A stretch of DNA of 24,000 bases, from positions 19,833 through 43,832 of the forward strand of contig NZ_SMCQ01000019.1 of assembly GCF_004343035.1 (NCBI RefSeq), in the 5' to 3' direction. Positions 7,464-14,296 of the stretch are shown in pieces; position 1 is the stretch's first letter; every line of letters starts with the position of its first letter. The notes below the pieces were generated by a model. It was not told where the DNA came from. It did not search any database and saw only the letters and a list, made by a program, of their open reading frames with translations. The stretch is from Longibaculum muris. GTDB taxonomy: Bacteria > Bacillota_I > Bacilli_A > Erysipelotrichales > Coprobacillaceae. The translations under genes were made by a program, and so were the position numbers.

Positions 7464-8805
7464 AAATCTGGACTCCCAATTGTTTCATTTCTTTTTGAAT
7501 TAAGAACATAGTGATTAAAAAAGCCACCAAATCAGCAATCGGTACAGCAATAAAGACTCCATATAATCCAAAAATCAATGAAAGAATTAAAATAAATGGA
7601 ATCAATAATAAGCATTGTCTTAATAAATTTAAAAAGCTAGATTGTTTAACCATCCCAATAGCTTGAAAGAAATTGGCACACATTGTTTGACAACCAACAA
7701 TAGGTAAACAAATAAACCATATTCTTAAAGCTGTACTTCCTAGTTTAATAATTTCTGGTTCTTGATTAAACATTGAAATAATCATACCTGGGAAAAATTG
7801 AATAGCTAAAAAACCTACTACTGAAATTATACTTGAAGCAATAATTGTATATTTTAATGTTTCTTTCACACGATCAACTCTTTTAGCACCAAAATTATAA
7901 CTAATGATAGGTTGCTGTCCTTGGGTCATACCAATTAAAGGCATCAACATTAAAGTTTGAACACTGGTAATAATACCTACTGTAGAAATTGCTGTATCTC
8001 CACCATATTTCCCTAATGTTCCATTAATCACAATATTTAATAAACTCGTAGAAAGCTGCATCAAAAAGGCAGGTAAGCCAGTTTTAAGAATCATATATGT
8101 TAAATGTTTCTTGAGTTTTAAATGCGCTAAACGACATTGAATCATACTACGCTTACCAAATAGGAAAGTGAGTTGCCAAACCATACTTAAAAATTGTCCA
8201 CCAATCGTTGCTAGAGCAGCACCTTCCATCCCCATATGACATTTCACAATGAAAATATAATCAAACACAATATTAAATCCTGCTCCTAACAATTGTGAAA
8301 CCATTGCATTTCTAGCATTTCCCTGTGCTCTTGAGAAGTTATTTCCACAAATCGCCACACACTGAAAAACTGCTCCATATAAGATAATACTTAAATATGC
8401 TCGTGCATGTGGTAAAACAGCCTCACTCGCTCCTAATAATATCAAAATAGGATTCATAAAAAGATTCCCAAAAACCATAAAAATAAGACCAAAAAGAACT
8501 GTAATCATCAAGGCATTTCCTTGATAATACTGAGCTTCATCATCTTCCTTAGCACCTAAAGCAATTGAAAAACGAGTTGCTCCACCAACTCCAGCCATTA
8601 AACTCAATGCCATTAAAATAAGCGTTACAGGATAAGATATTGTTATTCCAGCAAGTCCAAGTGAACCCAATTGTGGTGCATTTCCAATAAACATTCTATC
8701 AACAATATTATAAATAGCATTAACAATCATTCCTATCATTGCTGGAATCGAAAGTTCTATTAACAAAGGTAAAACTTTGCCATTTTCCATTTTATCTTTA
8801 TTCAT
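7456..8805 (-). CDS. MATE-family efflux transporter
   Basis: 449 aa, about 12 TM. The N-terminal KVLPLLIELSIPAMIGMIVNAIYNIVDRMFIG and the overall layout are typical of MATE/NorM-like proteins. RBS GGAGATG. Confidence 0.9.
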   Translation of the reverse strand: MNKDKMENGKVLPLLIELSIPAMIGMIVNAIYNIVDRMFIGNAPQLGSLGLAGITISYPVTLILMALSLMAGVGGATRFSIALGAKEDDEAQYYQGNALMITVLFGLIFMVFGNLFMNPILILLGASEAVLPHARAYLSIILYGAVFQCVAICGNNFSRAQGNARNAMVSQLLGAGFNIVFDYIFIVKCHMGMEGAALATIGGQFLSMVWQLTFLFGKRSMIQCRLAHLKLKKHLTYMILKTGLPAFLMQLSTSLLNIVINGTLGKYGGDTAISTVGIITSVQTLMLMPLIGMTQGQQPIISYNFGAKRVDRVKETLKYTIIASSIISVVGFLAIQFFPGMIISMFNQEPEIIKLGSTALRIWFICLPIVGCQTMCANFFQAIGMVKQSSFLNLLRQCLLLIPFILILSLIFGLYGVFIAVPIADLVAFLITMFLIQKEMKQLGVQIYE

Positions 8806-8829
8806 ATAATCATCTCCTACATCAGCGTT

Positions 8830-8858
8830 ATCTTAAACTTTCTTTAAATATTTGTCAA
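8830..8858 (-). promoter_or_regulatory. candidate sigma-A promoter of MATE-MarR operon
   Basis: Minus strand TTGACA (8858-8853), 17-nt spacer, TAAGAT (8835-8830). The 10-bp palindrome AAGGTACCTT (8857-8866) abuts and overlaps the -35 box. Confidence 0.5.
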
Positions 8859-8874
8859 GGTACCTTACTATTAA

Positions 8875-8901
8875 CTAAAGAAAAAAGACAAATCTTGTCT
8901 T
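8875..8901 (-). terminator. Rho-independent terminator after yjbQ-like gene
   Basis: Minus strand AAGACAA-GAT-TTGTCTT (8901-8885) followed by TTTTCTTT. It starts next to the stop codon at 8903-8905. Confidence 0.6.
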
Positions 8902-8902
8902 T

Positions 8903-9304
8903 TTAACCTTCTAAAACTTTAACATAATATGTTCTATTTCTAGGACCATCAAATTCACACAAATAAATTCCCTGCCATGTTCCTAAAATTATTTTTCCTT
9001 CACTAACAATAAATGTCTGACTTGCATTAAAAATAGTTGACTTCATATGTGCATGTGAATTTCCTTCAAAATGATGATAATCAGGATGATTAGTTGGAAA
9101 GGCTCTTTCAAAGCCATTCAACATATCTCTCACAACATCTGGATCAGCATTTTCATTGATTGTAATACCGGCAGTGGTATGTGGTGTATATACCACAATA
9201 ATCCCATCTTTTATTTGTGATTTTTTTAAATCTTCTTGAATTTGTTGAGTGATATCATGCATTTGCATTCTTTTAGAGAATTGATATTGATGTTTAAATA
9301 ACAT
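8903..9304 (-). CDS. YjbQ/UPF0047-family protein (secondary thiamine-phosphate synthase type)
   Basis: 133 aa. DITQQIQEDL...GIIVVYTPHTTAGITINENADPDVVRDM...HMKSTIF...IILGTWQGIYLCEFDGPRNR matches the YjbQ family pattern. RBS AAGGAGA lies inside the end of the GNAT gene. Confidence 0.85.
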   Translation of the reverse strand: MLFKHQYQFSKRMQMHDITQQIQEDLKKSQIKDGIIVVYTPHTTAGITINENADPDVVRDMLNGFERAFPTNHPDYHHFEGNSHAHMKSTIFNASQTFIVSEGKIILGTWQGIYLCEFDGPRNRTYYVKVLEG

Positions 9305-9307
9305 AGT

Positions 9308-9781
9308 CTATCCAATCTCCTTTGCATACCATCGATCACAGGCATAATGTGGACCTTCAGTAATTGGGACAGCTAATGGAACAAAACCATTTTTAACATA
9401 AAATTTATTGGCTGCAACCATGTTGGCAAATGTTTCTAAATAAATCAATGTATAGTGTTTTTTAGCAAATTCTATTGATAAATCAAGTAGTTGTTGAGCA
9501 ATTCCTGTTCCTCTTATTTCTTTTCGACAATACATTTTTTGTAGTTCACAAACATCATAGTAGCCATCAACCGGACCAATTCCACATCCCCCAACAACAT
9601 GACCATCTTTTTCTACAACTAGATATTGATAAAAATGAGAGCTATATGTTTCATAAAATTTGTCAAGGTTAGGATCTTCCCAGGCACATCCAGGTTTATC
9701 GGCACCAAATTCAATTAAACAATCTCTAATAAGTTTTTCTACTTCTGCATTGTCTTTAGGTTCTATTTTTCTAATTTTCAT
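9308..9781 (-). CDS. GNAT-family N-acetyltransferase
   Basis: 157 aa. The acetyl-CoA motif region is RKEIRGTGIAQQLLDLSIEFAKK (Q/RxxGxG/A type) and NKFYVKNGF lies near the C-terminus. Overlaps the DUF951 stop by 11 nt. Confidence 0.85.
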   Translation of the reverse strand: MKIRKIEPKDNAEVEKLIRDCLIEFGADKPGCAWEDPNLDKFYETYSSHFYQYLVVEKDGHVVGGCGIGPVDGYYDVCELQKMYCRKEIRGTGIAQQLLDLSIEFAKKHYTLIYLETFANMVAANKFYVKNGFVPLAVPITEGPHYACDRWYAKEIG

Positions 9782-9962
9782 CTGCTGGAATCACCTTTTT
9801 TAAACGTTTTTCAAAATCTCGACGAGAGAACATAATAATTGCTCCACAACCTAAACACTTGATTTTAATATCAGCACCCATTCGAATAATTTTCCATTGA
9901 TTAGATTTCTTACATGGATGTTGCTTTTTCATTTCAACAATATCATTTAAATTATATTCCAT
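9771..9962 (-). CDS. DUF951-family small protein
   Basis: 63 aa. DIVEMKKQHPCKKSNQWKIIRMGADIKIKCLGCGAIIMFSRRDFEKRLKK matches my memory of the DUF951 (YyzM-like) pattern with HPC...CxxC. RBS GAGGAG lies inside the end of folD. Confidence 0.7.
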   Translation of the reverse strand: MEYNLNDIVEMKKQHPCKKSNQWKIIRMGADIKIKCLGCGAIIMFSRRDFEKRLKKVIPADEN

Positions 9963-9968
9963 AGATAT

Positions 9969-10814
9969 TTACTCCTCTCTATTATAATAAGCTTTTAATG
10001 TATTCTCCAATAACATAGCTATAGTCATAGGTCCTATTCCACCTGGAACAGGTGTTATGTATGAAACAATATCTTTAACATCTTGATAATCGACATCACC
10101 ACAAAGTTTATCATTCTCATCACGATCCATTCCTACATCTAAAACCACTGCCCCTGGTTTGACATAATCCTTAGTAAAGAATTTTGCTTGCCCAATTGCG
10201 GCAATTAAAACATCCGCACGTTGACAGACTTCCTTTAAATTTTCAGTACGTGAATGAGCAATTGTAACTGTTGCATTTCTTTGTAAGCAAAGTAAAGAAA
10301 CTGGTTTCCCTACAATATTACTTCTTCCTACAACTACCACTTCTTTACCTGTTAAATCATAATGAATCTCATCTAATAAAACCATCATCCCCTGTGGTGT
10401 ACAAGGTACCAGTCCATCTTGTCCCAAGAATAATTTTGCAACATTGATTGGATGAAAACCATCGACATCTTTTTTAGGATCAATTAAATCTAAGATTTTT
10501 TCTTCATGAATATGTTGAGGTAATGGCAATTGAACTAAAATTCCATCAACTGTTTCATCATGATTTAATCTTTCTATTACTTGAATAAGTTCATCTTCTA
10601 AAACAGATTCATCTAATCTCATTATTTCTGATAACATGCCTACATAAGCACAAGCTTTTTCTTTATTACGTACATAGACTTGACTTGCTTGATTATTTCC
10701 TACTAATATAACAACTAATTTAGGAATTCTTTTTCCTTCATTTTGTAACTGTTGTATTTTTTGTTTAATTTCATCTTTACGCTTTAATGATACATTTTTT
10801 CCATCAATATTCAT
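9969..10814 (-). CDS. folD: bifunctional methylenetetrahydrofolate dehydrogenase/methenyltetrahydrofolate cyclohydrolase
   Basis: 281 aa. PKLVVILVGNNQASQVYVRNKEKA, DGILVQLPLP, VVVGRSNIVGKPVSLL and TPVPGGIGPMTIAMLLENT are all present. RBS GAAGGAGG. Confidence 0.95.
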   Translation of the reverse strand: MNIDGKNVSLKRKDEIKQKIQQLQNEGKRIPKLVVILVGNNQASQVYVRNKEKACAYVGMLSEIMRLDESVLEDELIQVIERLNHDETVDGILVQLPLPQHIHEEKILDLIDPKKDVDGFHPINVAKLFLGQDGLVPCTPQGMMVLLDEIHYDLTGKEVVVVGRSNIVGKPVSLLCLQRNATVTIAHSRTENLKEVCQRADVLIAAIGQAKFFTKDYVKPGAVVLDVGMDRDENDKLCGDVDYQDVKDIVSYITPVPGGIGPMTIAMLLENTLKAYYNREE

Positions 10815-10841
10815 TCAGAACCCCTCCTTCTGATTGACATT

Positions 10842-10870
10842 ATTATAATTGAAATTCACTTTATTGTAAA
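10842..10870 (-). promoter_or_regulatory. candidate sigma-A promoter of folD operon
   Basis: Minus strand TTTACA (10870-10865), 17-nt spacer, TATAAT (10847-10842), about 28 nt upstream of the folD ATG. Confidence 0.5.
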
Positions 10871-10893
10871 CCAAAATAGAACATCCCTAAGAT
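10864..10893 (+). promoter_or_regulatory. weak candidate promoter of CDF transporter gene
   Basis: TTGTAA (10864-10869), 18-nt spacer, TAAGAT (10888-10893). Its -35 box occupies the same base pairs as the folD -35 on the other strand. Confidence 0.3.
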
Positions 10894-10944
10894 TCCATGA
10901 ACACATTTTCTTTATAACCATAAATTATAAGAGGAAGTGATCTT

Positions 10945-11811
10945 ATGAATTATAAAGAAACAGTCTATCGTGTTTCTTTTTTAACCATGATAGTTAATTT
11001 TATTTTATCAGTATTTAAATTCCTTGCTGGTCTTTATGGTCATTCGCATGCAATGATCAGTGACTCTATTCATTCATTAAGTGATGTTATGACGACTATC
11101 GTTGTAATGATTGGTGTTCATTTCTCAAGTATGCCTTCTGATCATGAACATCCTTATGGACATGAACGAATGGAATGTATTGCAGCCATGATTTTATCTA
11201 TTTTACTTATTTTTACTGGTTTACAAATTGGTTACAATAGTTTCCTATCCATCATTCATCCCCAAGCATTAACTCCTAGTTTCATTGCACTGATTGCTGC
11301 ATTTATCTCTATTTTCACCAAAGAAATCATGTACTGGTATACGCGTTATTATGCCAAACGAATCCACTCTCCGTCATTAATGGCTGATGCCTATCATCAT
11401 CGTAGTGATGCTTTATCTTCTATTGGTAGTTTGATTGGGATTAGTGGTGCTATGCTAGGTGTTCAATGGTTGGATCCATTAGCGGGAGTTTGTATTAGTT
11501 TATGTGTTTTAAAACCTGGTATTTCGATTTTTTATGACGCTACTGTGAAAATGGTGGATCATAGTTGTGATGATATTGTTTATAATCAATTAATTGATTT
11601 TATTTTAAAACAAAAGAATGTTATTTCAATTGATTCATTAAAGACAAGGTTGTTTAGTGAAAAATATTATGTTGATTTAGAAATTGGGGTTGATGAAAAC
11701 TTCTCATTAAAAAAAGCTCATCAAATTGCTCATGAAGTCCATGATGCCCTAGAAAAAGCGTTTCCTGATATTAAACATTGTATGATTCATGTAAATCCAA
11801 AAGCAAAGTGA
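10945..11811 (+). CDS. cation diffusion facilitator (CDF) family metal efflux transporter
   Basis: 288 aa with 6 TM plus a cytoplasmic C-terminal domain. SDSIHSLSDV and AYHHRSDALSS are the CDF metal-site motifs on TM2 and TM5. RBS AAGAGGAAGTG. Confidence 0.9.
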   Translation: MNYKETVYRVSFLTMIVNFILSVFKFLAGLYGHSHAMISDSIHSLSDVMTTIVVMIGVHFSSMPSDHEHPYGHERMECIAAMILSILLIFTGLQIGYNSFLSIIHPQALTPSFIALIAAFISIFTKEIMYWYTRYYAKRIHSPSLMADAYHHRSDALSSIGSLIGISGAMLGVQWLDPLAGVCISLCVLKPGISIFYDATVKMVDHSCDDIVYNQLIDFILKQKNVISIDSLKTRLFSEKYYVDLEIGVDENFSLKKAHQIAHEVHDALEKAFPDIKHCMIHVNPKAK

Positions 11812-11867
11812 CATTTTTCTACTATTTCTTATGACTTATGATAAAATGGAATTAAGAGGTGATGGTC

Positions 11868-12710
11868 ATGAAAAAACTACTTATTTTTTTAACTTGCTTA
11901 TTAATGTTTTGTCCCTCTCGTGTATTTGCGGATACAGGCCCAAAGCCTAGTGTTAAAATAACAATCCATGGCTTACAAGAAAAAGCCTATGTGACACTTC
12001 TTTCAAAAGAAGCAAGTTCTGGACCTTTTGGTGTTTATGAGAATGATGAAGAAACTGATCATTTTAACAATGAATTTGGTCCTGATGAAGTTTGGAAAGC
12101 CTTTATTAATTATCAGGATAAAGATGGTTTTTACTTTATTTCTTATTTTCAAGAATGCACGGATACATTTCAATGGAATTACTATCCACCAAATGAATTT
12201 AAAGTGCTTATTTATTTTCCTGAATCTCAAAGTTTTATAACCAGTTCAAAATCATATGAACGTTATGCATTTGAAAGTTTTTACACCATTTCATTAGATC
12301 AACAAGCATCCTTCCCGACACAAAAAGGTATTCATGAAATTGATATGGATATCAAAAAAGAAATCTTCTTTAATGAAGTCACATATCATTTTATAGAACG
12401 TGTTGTTGTAACTATTCTTATTGAATTACTGATTGCGCTTTGTTTCCAAATCAAGAAAAAAAGAGAATTAAAGATTATTGTGTTAACCAATATAGCGACA
12501 CAGATATTACTCAATTTTATGTTACAAATGTTAAGTGTCTATTATATATCAGTCTTTGCTTTTCTATGTTATACACTTTTAGAGATTGCGGTTATTTATA
12601 TCGAAGCCAAAATTTATCAAAAATATATGAAAGACCATAGTAAAGGTGAACTCATAGGTTATGCTACTGTTGCTAATATTCTTTCCTTGTTGATTGGATT
12701 TGCTATATAA
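11868..12710 (+). CDS. hypothetical membrane protein: signal peptide, ~165-aa extracytoplasmic domain, 4 C-terminal TM segments
   Basis: The track start GTG 11859 overlaps the RBS GAGGTG, so ATG 11868 is preferred (280 aa). MKKLLIFLTCLLMFCPSRVFA|DTGPKPS looks like a signal peptide. I recognise no family. Confidence 0.6.
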   Translation: MKKLLIFLTCLLMFCPSRVFADTGPKPSVKITIHGLQEKAYVTLLSKEASSGPFGVYENDEETDHFNNEFGPDEVWKAFINYQDKDGFYFISYFQECTDTFQWNYYPPNEFKVLIYFPESQSFITSSKSYERYAFESFYTISLDQQASFPTQKGIHEIDMDIKKEIFFNEVTYHFIERVVVTILIELLIALCFQIKKKRELKIIVLTNIATQILLNFMLQMLSVYYISVFAFLCYTLLEIAVIYIEAKIYQKYMKDHSKGELIGYATVANILSLLIGFAI

Positions 12711-12752
12711 AAAAGCCAAGATATGTCTGTTTAAAGATATATCTTGGTTTTT
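12709..12752. terminator. bidirectional terminator between convergent genes
   Basis: CCAAGATATGTCT (12716-12728), loop GTTTAA, AGATATATCTTGG (12735-12747). The stem is 13 bp including one G-U and is flanked by an A-run and a T-run. Confidence 0.7.
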
Positions 12753-12759
12753 ATGTAAT

Positions 12760-14178
12760 TTATTTTATTCTTTTAATAATATCTCTTGCGATTAAGATAC
12801 CATTAGCCCCTGCTTGAGCAAGTCCTCTGGTTAATCCAGCACCATCTCCGCCAACATATAATCCATCAATTTCACTTTCAAAACCTTCTCTCACTTTTGG
12901 TCTTGCTGAATAGAATTTTGCTTCTACACCATAAAGTAAAGTATGTTCATTGGCAATTCCTGGAGTGACATGATCAAGTGCTTCAATCATTTCAATAATT
13001 GATTTCATTGTATTGTATGGAAGAACCAATCCTAAGTCTCCTGGTACAGCCTCAGGTAATGTTGGAATTGTATAACCTTCTTTTAAACGTTTTTCAGTTG
13101 TACGTCTCCCTCTTTTGATATCACCATATCTTTGTACAATAATACTTCCATGTGATAACATATTGGCAAGTCTTGCAACTTCATGAGCAAATTCATTTGG
13201 TTCATTAAATGGTTCACTAAAAACATGAGAAACAAGTAATGCAAAGTTTGTATTAGGACTTCCTAATTTTGGATCATGATAAGCATGTCCATTTGCTAAC
13301 ATTGTTCCTGAATGATTTTCCACAACCACATGTCCACTTGGATTTGAACAGAAAGTACGTACTTTTGTTCCTACAGATGCATTGTATACAAATTTACCTT
13401 CATATAAATTCTTATTAATTTCATCCATAACAATATTGTTTGTTTCTACACGTACACCAATATCAACTTGATTATTATATAAATCCAATCCTTGATTCTT
13501 TAAAACTTTTGTTAACCAAGTTGAACCATCTCTACCTGGTGCTAACACAACATAAGATGCTTTAATTTCTTCACCATTTTCTAATACAATCCCTTGTACA
13601 CGATTGTTTTCTACAATAATATCTTTAACAGCTGTTTTAAAAGCCATATCAATATGTTCTTTTAATTCATTAGACATTTCTGTCATAATTCTTAAGTTTT
13701 CTTCTGTTCCAAGGTGTCTTACTTTTGCACGAAGAAGCTTTAATCCAACTGCATATCCACGTCTTTCAATATCTTTAATCTTATCTGTTGTAGGATCAGT
13801 GATTTCATGAGTTGCTCCATGTTTTAAATACAATTCATCAACATATTGAATCACTTCTTCTACTTCTTGGTTATCTAAGTAATCCGTTAACCAACCACCA
13901 AATTCACTAGTAATATTGAATTTTCCATCTGAATATGCTCCTGCTCCACCAAAACCTGAAGTTATTGAACATGCTGGTAAACATCCTGGTTCATGTTCTT
14001 TAATTTGTGGACAGCTTTTAATTTTCTTGTCTTTTATCGGACAATGACGATACATAACATCATGACCTTTATCAACTAAAAGAACTTTTAAGTCTGGATT
14101 TTTCAAATACAATTCATAACTTGTCATAATTCCTGCTGGTCCAGCTCCAACAATAATAACATCATAACTTTTTTGCAT
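12760..14178 (-). CDS. NAD(P)/FAD-dependent oxidoreductase (COG2509-type uncharacterised FAD dehydrogenase)
   Basis: The preferred start is ATG 14178 (MQKSYDVIIVGAGPAG, a dinucleotide-binding GxGxxG) with GAGG 9 nt upstream. The track start at 14193 has no RBS. The C-terminal LYVGGDGAGLTRGLAQAGANG is typical of the family. A Cys cluster HCP...SCP...GCLPAC lies near the N-terminus. Confidence 0.85.
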   Translation of the reverse strand: MQKSYDVIIVGAGPAGIMTSYELYLKNPDLKVLLVDKGHDVMYRHCPIKDKKIKSCPQIKEHEPGCLPACSITSGFGGAGAYSDGKFNITSEFGGWLTDYLDNQEVEEVIQYVDELYLKHGATHEITDPTTDKIKDIERRGYAVGLKLLRAKVRHLGTEENLRIMTEMSNELKEHIDMAFKTAVKDIIVENNRVQGIVLENGEEIKASYVVLAPGRDGSTWLTKVLKNQGLDLYNNQVDIGVRVETNNIVMDEINKNLYEGKFVYNASVGTKVRTFCSNPSGHVVVENHSGTMLANGHAYHDPKLGSPNTNFALLVSHVFSEPFNEPNEFAHEVARLANMLSHGSIIVQRYGDIKRGRRTTEKRLKEGYTIPTLPEAVPGDLGLVLPYNTMKSIIEMIEALDHVTPGIANEHTLLYGVEAKFYSARPKVREGFESEIDGLYVGGDGAGLTRGLAQAGANGILIARDIIKRIK

Positions 14179-14223
14179 AAAAAAACGCCTCATTTCTGGG
14201 CATAAAATGAATTATCCTTACTT

Positions 14224-14253
14224 ATTATATTCATATTTTGAAACAATTGTCAA
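14224..14253 (-). promoter_or_regulatory. candidate sigma-A promoter of FAD oxidoreductase gene
   Basis: Minus strand TTGACA (14253-14248), 18-nt spacer, TATAAT (14229-14224). Both hexamers match the consensus. Confidence 0.55.
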
Positions 14254-14291
14254 CGAAAACAAGTTTCGACTTCTGATAACTTGTTTTCGTT
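14252..14291 (-). terminator. 14-bp perfect hairpin 6 nt after the SUKH-LRR gene stop (terminator-like, no U-tract)
   Basis: AACGAAAACAAGTT (14252-14265) and AACTTGTTTTCGTT (14278-14291) are exact reverse complements with a 12-nt loop. On the minus strand the stem is followed by GACAATTGTTTC, not a U-run. The stem base overlaps the -35 box of the next gene. Confidence 0.45.
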
Positions 14292-14296
14292 AACTT

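Noticed and set aside
10815-10944. NiCo (czcD-motif) riboswitch upstream of the CDF transporter
   Set aside because: The 130-nt intergenic region is very AT-rich. It shows no GC-rich four-way-junction-like pairing and is largely taken up by the two divergent promoters.
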